64,000 bases of DNA, from positions 1 to 64,000 of IMG/VR virus record IMGVR_UViG_3300025647_000019. One strand, written 5' to 3'. Positions 10,143-18,588 of this stretch are shown piece by piece. The position numbers were made by a program, and so were the translations under genes. This stretch comes from a virus. The notes below the pieces were generated by a model. The model did no database searches. It saw only the letters and a program-made list of their open reading frames with translations, and had not been told where the DNA came from. Position 1 is the first letter of the stretch, and each line of letters starts with the position of its first letter.

Positions 10143-10153
10143 TCGTGATAGAG

Positions 10154-10759
10154 CAAATCGCCTGTCCAATTAGATCAATTTGACTAACAGAAAGGAGCCA
10201 ATCATGGCACACAAAAGTCTAATTCAATGGGTAAACACATTTAACACTTCATCAACCTCTGGAGAACCAACTTGGTATTATTGGGACACTACCAATCTTC
10301 CAGTAGCAAATGACTATTTTCCAAGGTCTATTGAGAAGCAAATTGACGAGGCTTTCAATAAGCTTTGGGCAAATCGAAGCAATCCAATTATCAAGGATGA
10401 TGCAAAGCTTCCGAAGACGAACATCTATGAAGATGAAAGTGGATTGGTTATTCAAGCATTCGTTCCGTTTGTTCAGCCAGACGGAGATGAACTTAAGGTT
10501 ATTGTTGATCCTACGACAAATTCTATCAAGATTGAAGTCGAAGCACATCAACCAAAAGAAAAGCGAGAATACTATTTGAATGAAGTCAGCAGAACATCAT
10601 TCAAGAGGTCTTTCGCAATTGATAAAAAGTTCGACACAGATATTGCTACTTGCGATCACAAGGATGGAATTTTAACAATCAAGGTTCCATTTGAAGATGG
10701 AAGCAAAAAGCATACAATTTTTGAAATTACAAATGACTAAAAAATAGACAGGCGATTTG
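10154..10759. repeat. 13 bp perfect inverted repeat flanking hsp20 (10154..10166 and 10747..10759)
   Basis: CAAATCGCCTGTC / GACAGGCGATTTG. Confidence 0.9.
10204..10740 (+). CDS. Small heat-shock protein (Hsp20/alpha-crystallin family)
   Basis: P.TNIYE..; SFKRSF; DGILTIKVP; AAGGAG RBS before ATG 10204. Confidence 0.85.
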   Translation: MAHKSLIQWVNTFNTSSTSGEPTWYYWDTTNLPVANDYFPRSIEKQIDEAFNKLWANRSNPIIKDDAKLPKTNIYEDESGLVIQAFVPFVQPDGDELKVIVDPTTNSIKIEVEAHQPKEKREYYLNEVSRTSFKRSFAIDKKFDTDIATCDHKDGILTIKVPFEDGSKKHTIFEITND

Positions 10760-10764
10760 ACTCA

Positions 10765-10798
10765 GGGGCTTGCATTCCGCAGGCCCCATATTTTTTTG
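10765..10798 (+). terminator. Intrinsic terminator
   Basis: GGGGCTTGC-attcc-GCAGGCCCC followed by T-run. Confidence 0.75.
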
Positions 10799-10906
10799 TT
10801 AAAACCCCCCATTAAAGTACATTTTTTTGAGCTAGATTCAACAATAATATCAAATATAGACCACAATATAGGGCCCATATTTTTTTGGGAAAAATTGAAT
10901 TTTTTA

Positions 10907-10950
10907 TATACTTTTCTGGGCCTTTAAGGTATAATGTACTTAGTTAAAAA
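10907..10950 (+). promoter_or_regulatory. Early sigma70-like promoter
   Basis: TATACT-17-TATAAT followed by GTTAAAA. Confidence 0.65.
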
Positions 10951-10976
10951 CACATTCCCTTTCAAGGAGACCTACA

Positions 10977-11219
10977 ATGTTCGGAACTCCCTACAAACAC
11001 AAAATGCTCCGGCTCGGACAGATTGTTGTTCCTGAGTGGGATATGGGTGGAAAGTATAAGATCGTTGATAAGTTTCCGGGAGTTCCCGGTTGGGATTGTG
11101 ACAGATACACCATCGTTGATTGCAATACCGGTGGAACTCATTACGGAGTTCGTGACAAGGATCTGATGACCCGCAAGGAAGCTAAAAAGTACTTCAATTC
11201 TTTCTCCCACGGTTGCTAA
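10977..11219 (+). CDS. Hypothetical early protein
   Basis: AAGGAG RBS, first gene after promoter. Confidence 0.65.
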   Translation: MFGTPYKHKMLRLGQIVVPEWDMGGKYKIVDKFPGVPGWDCDRYTIVDCNTGGTHYGVRDKDLMTRKEAKKYFNSFSHGC

Positions 11220-11230
11220 AGGAGCCTCCA

Positions 11231-11386
11231 ATGTTAAAATTTCAGACTCAGCGCGATTATCTGATTCTTTTTGATTCAGAAACCAACAAGGTTCTCAAGA
11301 GCGAAAAACTTCCTACTTCCGGTTCAACTATCATTGCTGAAACCAAACTCCGAGTTTGGGCAAAGCGAAATCATTTCGAGGTTTAA
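11231..11386 (+). CDS. Small hypothetical protein (51 aa, not in ORF track)
   Basis: AAGGAG RBS; MLKFQTQRDYLILFD...RNHFEV. Confidence 0.6.
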   Translation: MLKFQTQRDYLILFDSETNKVLKSEKLPTSGSTIIAETKLRVWAKRNHFEV

Positions 11387-11388
11387 AA

Positions 11389-11769
11389 ATGTTCATTCTG
11401 ACCAAGACCGAAGCTCAGACCTTGATGGTCAACCATATGTTCGAAGCTGTTTCCACGGTTGGTGAAGATATTCATCTGGTTGCCTCACAGATTCTGTTTC
11501 AGGCTGTTCGTGATGGTGACATTCCTTCCAGTTCTCCCGATGCCCTTGAAGCTGTTGAGATTGAGATTTCCAATGCTGGTGGCGTTCGCCAGTGGCAGTG
11601 CGACAATACTCACGTTCTTCGCGAAGAACGTGTCAAGCGTCACAAGGAAATCAAGGATATGATGACCGCTCGTAGGGCTGAACTTTCCCGTGCTATGGAA
11701 ATCAGTCAGGAAGAAATGGAAAAGAAGGCTATTGAACTTATCAATAGAACTTGGGATGGTGAAAAGTGA
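11389..11769 (+). CDS. Hypothetical early protein
   Basis: GAGG RBS, ATG 11389, biased codon use. Confidence 0.65.
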   Translation: MFILTKTEAQTLMVNHMFEAVSTVGEDIHLVASQILFQAVRDGDIPSSSPDALEAVEIEISNAGGVRQWQCDNTHVLREERVKRHKEIKDMMTARRAELSRAMEISQEEMEKKAIELINRTWDGEK

Positions 11770-11975
11770 ATAAGGTGAATACAATTTCTAGACTCTGTGA
11801 TTTAACAGCAAAGGTTGCCGAATTTTATGATTGGACAAAGCAAGCGGATTGCTTTTGTGAAGTTTCTGTTTTTGAACACATGAGTACCCATGATGATATT
11901 ATCGCATTTATTGAAACTGCGGTAAAGGAAAAGATTGAACGTGAAAGGGATGATCCTTTTCACGTTCGAATGTGA
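11766..11975 (+). CDS. Hypothetical protein
   Basis: GTGA overlap with previous gene. Confidence 0.55.
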   Translation: MNKVNTISRLCDLTAKVAEFYDWTKQADCFCEVSVFEHMSTHDDIIAFIETAVKEKIERERDDPFHVRM

Positions 11976-11986
11976 AAAGGATAAGA

Positions 11987-12088
11987 ATGATGGTAAAAAT
12001 GCGATGGTTTGCTGATGACAACAATTGGAATATCGTTAAGATAATCTTTGTTGGAATTTTGATTCTTGTTGCCGATGGTCTATTTTAG
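11987..12088 (+). CDS. Small membrane peptide (33 aa, not in ORF track)
   Basis: AAGGA RBS; IVKIIFVGILILVADGLF hydrophobic segment. Confidence 0.4.
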   Translation: MMVKMRWFADDNNWNIVKIIFVGILILVADGLF

Positions 12089-12098
12089 GAGTTGAAAA

Positions 12099-12275
12099 AT
12101 GAATGACAGAGAATTGAGAATCGCCGCTTTTTGCGCTCTTGCTGAAATCAAAGAAATTTGTTTATGTGATCAGTATAACAATCAAAAGATTCAGGCAATT
12201 GAAAATGTAATTAGAAAAACAAATGATAAATGTTGGGACATTATCAATAAGTCTGAATCGGAGGTAAAAAAATGA
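12099..12275 (+). CDS. Small hypothetical protein (58 aa, not in ORF track)
   Basis: AGGAG RBS; ATGA overlap with next gene. Confidence 0.55.
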   Translation: MNDRELRIAAFCALAEIKEICLCDQYNNQKIQAIENVIRKTNDKCWDIINKSESEVKK

Positions 12276-12673
12276 ATAGTTACACTTTGCCCGCTGGTCG
12301 ATATTATGTTGGAGACCCTTGTTATGTCTTTGATTGGAATTGGGTCGAAGTTCTGTCAAACACTGATTTTTTCAGGAAGTATCCAGAAGGAGAATATGCT
12401 GAAAAGATTTGGGGACATGACACCAAATGGGGTGATGGTTGCTATTACGATGAAAATTGGAATATGTATCCCGTAGATGCTGGTCTAATTGGAGTTGTCC
12501 ATGAAGATCTTTGTGAAAGTGAAGGCCACGGAAAATGGGTTACTTTCGAAAAACCCTTTGATTGTGGTTGGGATGATGAAAATGGAACCATCATAATTGG
12601 ACACATTCGAATTAAGACAGATCTAGATGAAGAAGATCGTTGTTGGAATTATGATGATGAAGAAGAGGATTAA
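12272..12673 (+). CDS. Conserved-type phage hypothetical protein
   Basis: G.YYVGDPCY...GDG.Y...PVDAGLIG pattern typical of phage accessory proteins. Confidence 0.65.
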   Translation: MNSYTLPAGRYYVGDPCYVFDWNWVEVLSNTDFFRKYPEGEYAEKIWGHDTKWGDGCYYDENWNMYPVDAGLIGVVHEDLCESEGHGKWVTFEKPFDCGWDDENGTIIIGHIRIKTDLDEEDRCWNYDDEEED

Positions 12674-12675
12674 AA

Positions 12676-12894
12676 ATGTTTGAAATTGGATTTCTCGTAA
12701 AGGTCGAACACCTTTCCAACCATGGAAAGAATCGTATCAATGAGCATGGTGCTGTTTGGGAAGTTGAAAAGATTTCACCTTCCAGTATTCTTCTGAAGTC
12801 TACCGATGGAGAAGATTACAGGCGATGGTTTGATTTCAATATGGATAGGGACTTTGCTATTGTTGATGTTCTCACAATTCCTGAAGGAGATTAA
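12676..12894 (+). CDS. Hypothetical protein
   Basis: GAGG RBS, operon packing. Confidence 0.6.
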   Translation: MFEIGFLVKVEHLSNHGKNRINEHGAVWEVEKISPSSILLKSTDGEDYRRWFDFNMDRDFAIVDVLTIPEGD

Positions 12895-12895
12895 A

Positions 12896-13135
12896 ATGAA
12901 TTACAAATCTCGCAGACCCAATCACATTAGGGAATATCTGTCTTCAGCAGATTATCAAATTTATTCCACTCAATGTCCTGAAGCGGCATTGACAGAAATG
13001 AGATTTTTAATGTTTCATTTTATGGAAAAATATGAAGAAGCCCAGAAGGAAATTCGTGAGTTGATAAAGAAGGACAATAGTCTTAGTAATGACTTGATGA
13101 AAAAGGGTTATTTCAGTAGGGGAGGGTGTCGATAA
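12896..13135 (+). CDS. Hypothetical protein
   Basis: AAGGAG RBS before ATG 12896. Confidence 0.55.
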   Translation: MNYKSRRPNHIREYLSSADYQIYSTQCPEAALTEMRFLMFHFMEKYEEAQKEIRELIKKDNSLSNDLMKKGYFSRGGCR

Positions 13136-13136
13136 A

Positions 13137-14144
13137 ATGAAAACCATACTTTTAATTCTTAGCATATTCATTCTTGGTGGATGTGAATTAGAATATGGTT
13201 CAGAAAACAACACACTAGCAAACCCAATTCCTGAATGGGAACCAAGGGAATTCATTCGTGATGGTGACTATGGAATGGTTGATTTTGCTTTGGTGAAAGA
13301 CAACTCAAATCTGTATCATATAATTGGAATTGATGCATCTGTTGGACATCCTTGGAACCCTGAAAACTATAACAATCCTTATGGGTTTGTTCACGCAATT
13401 TCAACTGACCTTGTGAATTGGACAGAGGTTGATTCTATTATTGAACCACTTCGAAATAATTTCAATTACATTTGGGCACCAGATATTATGGAGATTGATG
13501 GAGTATATCATATGTGGTATACTGGTGTTCAGGTTCAGAATGACCCTGCTCAACATAGAGAGTTTGTTGTTCACTCAACATCAACTGACCTTTATGAATG
13601 GTCTGAACCTGAAATTGTTATGGATGGTTTTGATGATCCGAAAGACCTTATCAAGTGGGGCGATGGATCACCTTGGGCTAATGACTTGCGTGACCCACAT
13701 GTATTCACCTATATGACAACTGAATTGGGAAATCCTATTTATGGAATGACTATTTCCGTTCGAACAAATTCTGGTGATATGGGAATCGGCCTTGCTATTT
13801 GTGGAAGCGACCAAGGAGTTCCAGATAACAATTGGCAACTTTTGCAAATTCTAAATGAAACAATTGGAACTGGTGTCGGTGTTGAGTCTTCAACAACATT
13901 TAAATATGACAATAAGGATTATCTATTCTGGACAACTTGGGGATGGGCAGAACCCGAAAAGATTTGTATTTCAGTTGATGGAGAATTGAAATATGAAATT
14001 CCTAAAAAAGCATGTGAAATTTTAAAGGACGATGGTGAATATATCTTTGCTTGGTTAAGGGTGAATGATAATTATATTGGAGGATTTGATATTAAAATTG
14101 AAACAATGTTTTTCGAAGAAGAATTTCCTTACTTCCAAGAATAA
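13137..14144 (+). CDS. Lipoprotein, five-bladed beta-propeller glycoside hydrolase (GH32/GH43-like)
   Basis: Lipobox LGGC; HAISTDLVNW, WAPD, STDLYEW, RDP and VES motifs. Confidence 0.75.
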   Translation: MKTILLILSIFILGGCELEYGSENNTLANPIPEWEPREFIRDGDYGMVDFALVKDNSNLYHIIGIDASVGHPWNPENYNNPYGFVHAISTDLVNWTEVDSIIEPLRNNFNYIWAPDIMEIDGVYHMWYTGVQVQNDPAQHREFVVHSTSTDLYEWSEPEIVMDGFDDPKDLIKWGDGSPWANDLRDPHVFTYMTTELGNPIYGMTISVRTNSGDMGIGLAICGSDQGVPDNNWQLLQILNETIGTGVGVESSTTFKYDNKDYLFWTTWGWAEPEKICISVDGELKYEIPKKACEILKDDGEYIFAWLRVNDNYIGGFDIKIETMFFEEEFPYFQE

Positions 14145-14169
14145 TGATATTTATCATTGGAGGTAAAAA

Positions 14170-14532
14170 ATGAAAAAGTGGATATTTATGGTTTTTACTT
14201 TTGTGGTTGTTATCTTACTTTCTGGTTGTAATAAATCCCCTTGTAAAGATTATGTACCAGGATCAATTGAAACTGGAAAAGTAAAGATCGCATGGACACC
14301 TCCAGAAAACAACACCCAAGATTTAACATATATGGTGCAATTATCAGAAAATGGTGAAGACTATTTTACAATAGGTTCTACCACAGACACATTTTATGTT
14401 TTGGATACAACTATGATTGACTATTGCAATTCGTATAGAGGCAGAGTTTATGCTGTAAATTCGTATGGTATATCTGGCCCTTTTTCGAGACAATCAAGAC
14501 CTTACACTCCAGTTCCAAACATAGAAAAATAG
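14170..14532 (+). CDS. Lipoprotein with fibronectin type III domain
   Basis: Lipobox LSGC; WTPP...Y.V...Y..RV.AVN..G.SGPFS. Confidence 0.7.
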   Translation: MKKWIFMVFTFVVVILLSGCNKSPCKDYVPGSIETGKVKIAWTPPENNTQDLTYMVQLSENGEDYFTIGSTTDTFYVLDTTMIDYCNSYRGRVYAVNSYGISGPFSRQSRPYTPVPNIEK

Positions 14533-14542
14533 GAGGAATGAC

Positions 14543-14905
14543 TTGAAAAAATTATTTTTAGGAATTATAATTGGAGTTCTTATCTTAGCTGGGACAGCTT
14601 TTTCACAGACAGTTTCATCTGTGAAATATACTTGGACTGCACCAACTGAAGGTTCTCCAGCAGTTGAATACACAGTTGAATATCGTGTTGATGGTGGAAA
14701 CTGGATTGCTGGTGGAACTGCACCCACAACTGAATTTACGTTTTTGAATGTTTTCGAATTTTTCAAAACTTATGAGGTTAGGGTTGCTGGTGTGGATATT
14801 ATAGGAAGGCAGGGACCATTTTCCCTAGTTTCTGACCCATATATGCCAGACCAAGGACCACCTGGAACACCAGGACAGCCAATTATTGTTGAAGTTATCG
14901 AATAA
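14543..14905 (+). CDS. Secreted fibronectin type III domain protein
   Basis: AGGAGG RBS, TTG start, signal peptide (TAFS/Q); WTAP...Y.V...YEVRVAGVD...GPFS. Confidence 0.7.
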   Translation: MKKLFLGIIIGVLILAGTAFSQTVSSVKYTWTAPTEGSPAVEYTVEYRVDGGNWIAGGTAPTTEFTFLNVFEFFKTYEVRVAGVDIIGRQGPFSLVSDPYMPDQGPPGTPGQPIIVEVIE

Positions 14906-14911
14906 CATAAT

Positions 14912-14942
14912 TGGGGGAAATTAATTTTTCCCCCAGATTTTT
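14912..14942 (+). terminator. Intrinsic terminator
   Basis: TGGGGGAAA...TTTCCCCCA followed by T-rich tract. Confidence 0.6.
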
Positions 14943-14943
14943 A

Positions 14944-14990
14944 TTTACATTTTTATTTTCTTATGGTATTATTAGGTCTGTCAGTTAAAA
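14944..14990 (+). promoter_or_regulatory. Early sigma70-like promoter
   Basis: TTTACA-17-TATTAT followed by GTTAAAA. Confidence 0.65.
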
Positions 14991-15014
14991 CTTTTTAACT
15001 AGGAGATTCTAAAA

Positions 15015-15188
15015 ATGACCATTCAAGAAAGCCGGAAGCAATTGGAGATTATTCAGAACTTGATTAAAAGCCAATTTCCAGATGCTAAGGTCGATGAACT
15101 CGGCAGACCTATTCTTCAATATACCGATGCCCAGAACCGAACGTGGTGGGTTAAGGTTGACCAAATTTTTACCCCGGAGAAATCCTAA
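15015..15188 (+). CDS. Small hypothetical protein (57 aa, not in ORF track)
   Basis: AGGAG RBS; MTIQESRKQLEII...FTPEKS. Confidence 0.6.
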   Translation: MTIQESRKQLEIIQNLIKSQFPDAKVDELGRPILQYTDAQNRTWWVKVDQIFTPEKS

Positions 15189-15299
15189 TGAACAAGTATT
15201 TTAAGAATAATGAGCTTTTGAAGGAAATTCAACGCAAGGAACGCAAGAAAAAGCAAATCGAACGCAAGAAAAGGGATAAGAAAAAGGGAGATAAGAAAC

Positions 15300-15527
15300 G
15301 TGCCCAATTCCGAGATTAAAAAAATAGTTTTAGCTTATTTGGAAGGTCGGCCAGGTCATCTTCATACTACTTGGGAATATGAAAAACATATTTCATATGT
15401 AAATAACAGCGGAATAATCGAATTTAATTATATGGGAACTAGGTATATTGCACTTTATACAAGAACTGGGCCTTTACATAAGGGGGCCGATGATATTTTT
15501 AACGTTAATTATGTTGAACCTTTTTAA
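15300..15527 (+). CDS. Hypothetical protein
   Basis: GGGAG RBS, GTG start. Confidence 0.45.
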   Translation: MPNSEIKKIVLAYLEGRPGHLHTTWEYEKHISYVNNSGIIEFNYMGTRYIALYTRTGPLHKGADDIFNVNYVEPF

Positions 15528-15536
15528 GATTTTTTA

Positions 15537-15581
15537 TTTACTTTTTAATTTAGCTAGGGTATAATTGTCCTAAGGTTAAAA
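15537..15581 (+). promoter_or_regulatory. Early sigma70-like promoter
   Basis: TTTACT-17-TATAAT followed by GTTAAAA. Confidence 0.75.
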
Positions 15582-15607
15582 AACATCAAATCTGAAAGGT
15601 AAAGCAA

Positions 15608-16564
15608 ATGACACAGGTTGAAATCAAGTCGGGTCTTTTCTATTCCCAAGAAATCAACGGCTCTTTCCCCCTCGCTAAGGAATATGTTAACTGTCATACT
15701 TCGAAGAAAGACGGTTACATTTGGATCATCCGCGATTCGAAGCAGATCAAGGTTCACGTGGGTCGAAACGATTTCAACATCATCACTGCTGAATCCCTGA
15801 AGTCCGATGCTGAGATTTCTCAGGAAATTGAGGATCGCTTCACTGTCATGGAAACTCTGGTCGATGGCGTTATCAATCGTACGATCAAGACAATGATTCT
15901 CTCCGGTGCTCCCGGTATCGGTAAGTCTTTCACCGTTGACGAAAAGCTGATGAAGGCTAAGCGTGAAGGTAAGATCCGTTTCAATTGTCTGACCGGTTCT
16001 TGTACTCCCATCGGTCTTTATCTCCAGCTCTGGAATCACCAAAATGAGGGCGATGTTCTGGTTCTGGATGACATTGATTCGATTTTCAATGATCAGGAAT
16101 CTCTGAACCTTCTGAAGGGTGCTCTGGATACTGGTCGTACTCGTCAGATTTCTTGGATGTCCGCTTCTAGCTTCCTTCGGGAAGAAGGTGTTGACAATAC
16201 CTTTGAATTCAAGGGTACGGTTATTTTTATCACCAATATGAATTTTGATGAAATGATTGAGAAGGGTACTAAGCTTTCTCCTCACTTCGCCGCTCTGGTT
16301 AACCGAGCTGTTTATCTCGATCTTGGGATTCACTCGACCCGAGAGATCATGGTTCGTATCAATCAGGTGGTTCGGAATACTACTATGCTCGAGGATCTTG
16401 GGGTTTCCAAGATGCATGCTGATGAGATTATGGATTGGATGGATTCTCATAAGGAAACTCTCCGGTCTCTTTCCATCCGCACTATCCTTCAGCTGGCTAG
16501 CTTCATCAAGACCAGCCCCCGTAGCTGGAAGATGATTGCCGAAGCTACAATGATCAAGAGGTAA
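15608..16564 (+). CDS. AAA+ ATPase (resembles T4 NrdC.10-like phage ATPases)
   Basis: Walker A GAPGIGKS, Walker B VLVLDDID, sensor FITN. Confidence 0.8.
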   Translation: MTQVEIKSGLFYSQEINGSFPLAKEYVNCHTSKKDGYIWIIRDSKQIKVHVGRNDFNIITAESLKSDAEISQEIEDRFTVMETLVDGVINRTIKTMILSGAPGIGKSFTVDEKLMKAKREGKIRFNCLTGSCTPIGLYLQLWNHQNEGDVLVLDDIDSIFNDQESLNLLKGALDTGRTRQISWMSASSFLREEGVDNTFEFKGTVIFITNMNFDEMIEKGTKLSPHFAALVNRAVYLDLGIHSTREIMVRINQVVRNTTMLEDLGVSKMHADEIMDWMDSHKETLRSLSIRTILQLASFIKTSPRSWKMIAEATMIKR

Positions 16565-16576
16565 AGGAGCAGTAAA

Positions 16577-16798
16577 ATGGGAAATGAAACACACGGTGCC
16601 GATCCTATTGTAATGAATCATTTGGATGATGCATATATAGCACTTCAGAAAGCAGCATCGGCATGTAAATGTAGCGATGTAAAGGCTGTTAGAGATGGAA
16701 TGGTTATCAATTCTATTTGGGATGCAGAGGACATGGTTACATCGATAATGGATGAACTGTTTGATATGGAATATGATGAAGAAAGAAGGAAAAAATGA
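16577..16798 (+). CDS. Hypothetical protein
   Basis: AAGGAG RBS. Confidence 0.6.
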   Translation: MGNETHGADPIVMNHLDDAYIALQKAASACKCSDVKAVRDGMVINSIWDAEDMVTSIMDELFDMEYDEERRKK

Positions 16799-16935
16799 AA
16801 AAGAAATATGAAAAACCTGAAGTAAAGTCAGTTGAAGTTAAGCTAGGTGTATTTGGCGAATATGGTCGCCATAGACCTGACCATGATGACAATGGGAACC
16901 ACTTTGGATGGTTCAAGAAATTCGGAGGAAAATAA
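16795..16935 (+). CDS. 46 aa peptide with RiPP-leader-like N-terminus (not in ORF track)
   Basis: ATGA overlap; MKKKYEKPEVKSVEVKLGVFGEYGRHRPDHDDNGNHFGWFKKFGGK. Confidence 0.6.
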   Translation: MKKKYEKPEVKSVEVKLGVFGEYGRHRPDHDDNGNHFGWFKKFGGK

Positions 16936-16936
16936 A

Positions 16937-17131
16937 GTGTCTCGCATTAAAGAAATCGAAATTGAAATTGCTGAAATTGATCATGAAATGGGAACTTTGA
17001 AGGCAGAGTTATCAGAAGAATTTGACGAAGATAGGATCAGTTGGTATTTAGCCGAAATTGCAATGCTTGGTGATGAAAAAATTGCTTTGCTCGAAGAACT
17101 TCACCATCTAGAAATTGAAGGAGAATTTTAA
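16937..17131 (+). CDS. Small acidic coiled-coil protein
   Basis: GGAGG RBS before GTG 16937. Confidence 0.55.
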   Translation: MSRIKEIEIEIAEIDHEMGTLKAELSEEFDEDRISWYLAEIAMLGDEKIALLEELHHLEIEGEF

Positions 17132-17337
17132 TGGATTTACATGTACCTGAAGCAAGATTTCTTGCTCTTATTCCTCAAAGGTTTTTAAGAGACGCTATTC
17201 AAAATGGAATGAATAGAAATATCACAGAAACAAAGGAAAGAAATCGCAGACAAGACTGGGAAAAGAATTGGATTGGAAATCCTCAGTATGGGCCTTGGTC
17301 AATGTTGCTTGGTTTTAGTCGAAAGGCAAGGCGATGA
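17131..17337 (+). CDS. Hypothetical protein
   Basis: AAGGAG RBS, TAATG overlap. Confidence 0.55.
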   Translation: MDLHVPEARFLALIPQRFLRDAIQNGMNRNITETKERNRRQDWEKNWIGNPQYGPWSMLLGFSRKARR

Positions 17338-18026
17338 TTGATTGTGGAGGAACTTGGTGTTTTGATATAAATTGTGTATCATGTTGTCCACATCATCATT
17401 ATACGGAAAGGGAACTTTCCCTTTCAACTCAATCATTGAAAGAAGCAGTCATTGATGAATTAAATGCTGAAATTGAATTGGCAAAAAACACCCCTGTTCC
17501 TGAAGAATTGTGGGGAAATAAATTTTTTTGGGATACAAAATATCATTGTTGGTCGTTACTGAGTTATCCAAACCATCATTTTACAAAAAAAGAACATATG
17601 GAAAATCCAAAATGGGACAAATATATTGAAAAATATGAAAAACATATGGCAAGTCCTGAAATGGCAAAATACAAAAGATGGGCACAAATTGACATGAAAG
17701 AACGTGACGATGATGAAATGGAAAGGTTCGTAAAAAGAATGAATGATGATATTCGAAGGTGCGGATGTGGAATAACAGATCAAAAGGAAACAGACCCAAT
17801 AAATCATCCATCACATTATTGCAATCGTTCAATGGAAGCAATTGACATTATTGAAATGTGTATATCAATTGAGAAAAATCCAATGGTTGCTTATAATATG
17901 AGCAATGTCCTCAAGTATTTGCTCAGGTTCAGGGATAAGGGCAAAGACCTAGAGGATCTTCAGAAAGCCCGCTGGTATCTCAATCGTATGATTGATAAAG
18001 TCGGTGAAGAAGTGTCCCCAGATTGA
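17334..18026 (+). CDS. DUF3310 (T7 gp1.7-like) domain protein with N-terminal extension
   Basis: DPINHPSHY..EAIDII..NVLKYL.R...KG..EDLQKARWYL. Confidence 0.75.
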   Translation: MIDCGGTWCFDINCVSCCPHHHYTERELSLSTQSLKEAVIDELNAEIELAKNTPVPEELWGNKFFWDTKYHCWSLLSYPNHHFTKKEHMENPKWDKYIEKYEKHMASPEMAKYKRWAQIDMKERDDDEMERFVKRMNDDIRRCGCGITDQKETDPINHPSHYCNRSMEAIDIIEMCISIEKNPMVAYNMSNVLKYLLRFRDKGKDLEDLQKARWYLNRMIDKVGEEVSPD

Positions 18027-18147
18027 CCTGTACTCAACGTAAACCCAAGGCCCTTTATGATAGGATGTCCAAAAAAACGCGCGCTTATACACACGTATAG
18101 GAGCTCATTATGTATATGTAAAATAATAACTTAGCAAAATTAAATTA

Positions 18148-18181
18148 AATGGGGTAGAGGATCAACTTTTCCCCATTTTTT
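18148..18181 (+). terminator. Probable intrinsic terminator
   Basis: AATGGGG...CCCCATT plus T-run. Confidence 0.5.
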
Positions 18182-18182
18182 A

Positions 18183-18225
18183 TTTACTTTTTTATTGGTT
18201 TTTAGTATAATATACATAGTTAAAA
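18183..18225 (+). promoter_or_regulatory. Early sigma70-like promoter
   Basis: TTTACT-17-TATAAT followed by GTTAAAA. Confidence 0.75.
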
Positions 18226-18249
18226 CAGAATTTTTACAAGGAGTTATTC

Positions 18250-18576
18250 ATGAATAAGCGAGTCAAGACCAACCGGATCCAGTGGGTGAATACTAACATC
18301 CACCCCTCCGAGATTCCGGCCTTTGCAGCATGGGATGGCGTGACGGTCCTTGGTATTTGCACCGTTCTGGATCGTCTTCTTGGTAAGAACAATTTCAAGG
18401 TTCCTTACAATTATCGTCTTGATTGGGAAACCCGTTCCAAGATCCTGATGGATTGGTGCGAGAAGTTCAATGTTTCCTATTACGCTGCTCCTCGTGAAGA
18501 ATTCTTTATTGGCCGAGGAATTGATCAAGCTCTCATGGACCACAATGCTTTCGTAGTTGTTGAAGATCTTTCTTAG
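18250..18576 (+). CDS. Hypothetical early protein
   Basis: AAGGAG RBS, biased codons. Confidence 0.65.
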   Translation: MNKRVKTNRIQWVNTNIHPSEIPAFAAWDGVTVLGICTVLDRLLGKNNFKVPYNYRLDWETRSKILMDWCEKFNVSYYAAPREEFFIGRGIDQALMDHNAFVVVEDLS

Positions 18577-18588
18577 GAGGAAAGTAAA

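Noticed and set aside
10170-10187. CIRCE/HrcA operator before hsp20
   Set aside because: Only the outer TTAG/CTAA match; length and inner sequence do not fit TTAGCACTC-N9-GAGTGCTAA.
15554-16621. 355 aa minus-strand ORF
   Set aside because: Antisense shadow of the codon-biased AAA ATPase; no motifs or RBS.
16847-16936. N-terminal extension of ORF 16847..17131
   Set aside because: Better start at GTG 16937 with GGAGG; the upstream part is occupied by the 16795..16935 peptide in another frame.
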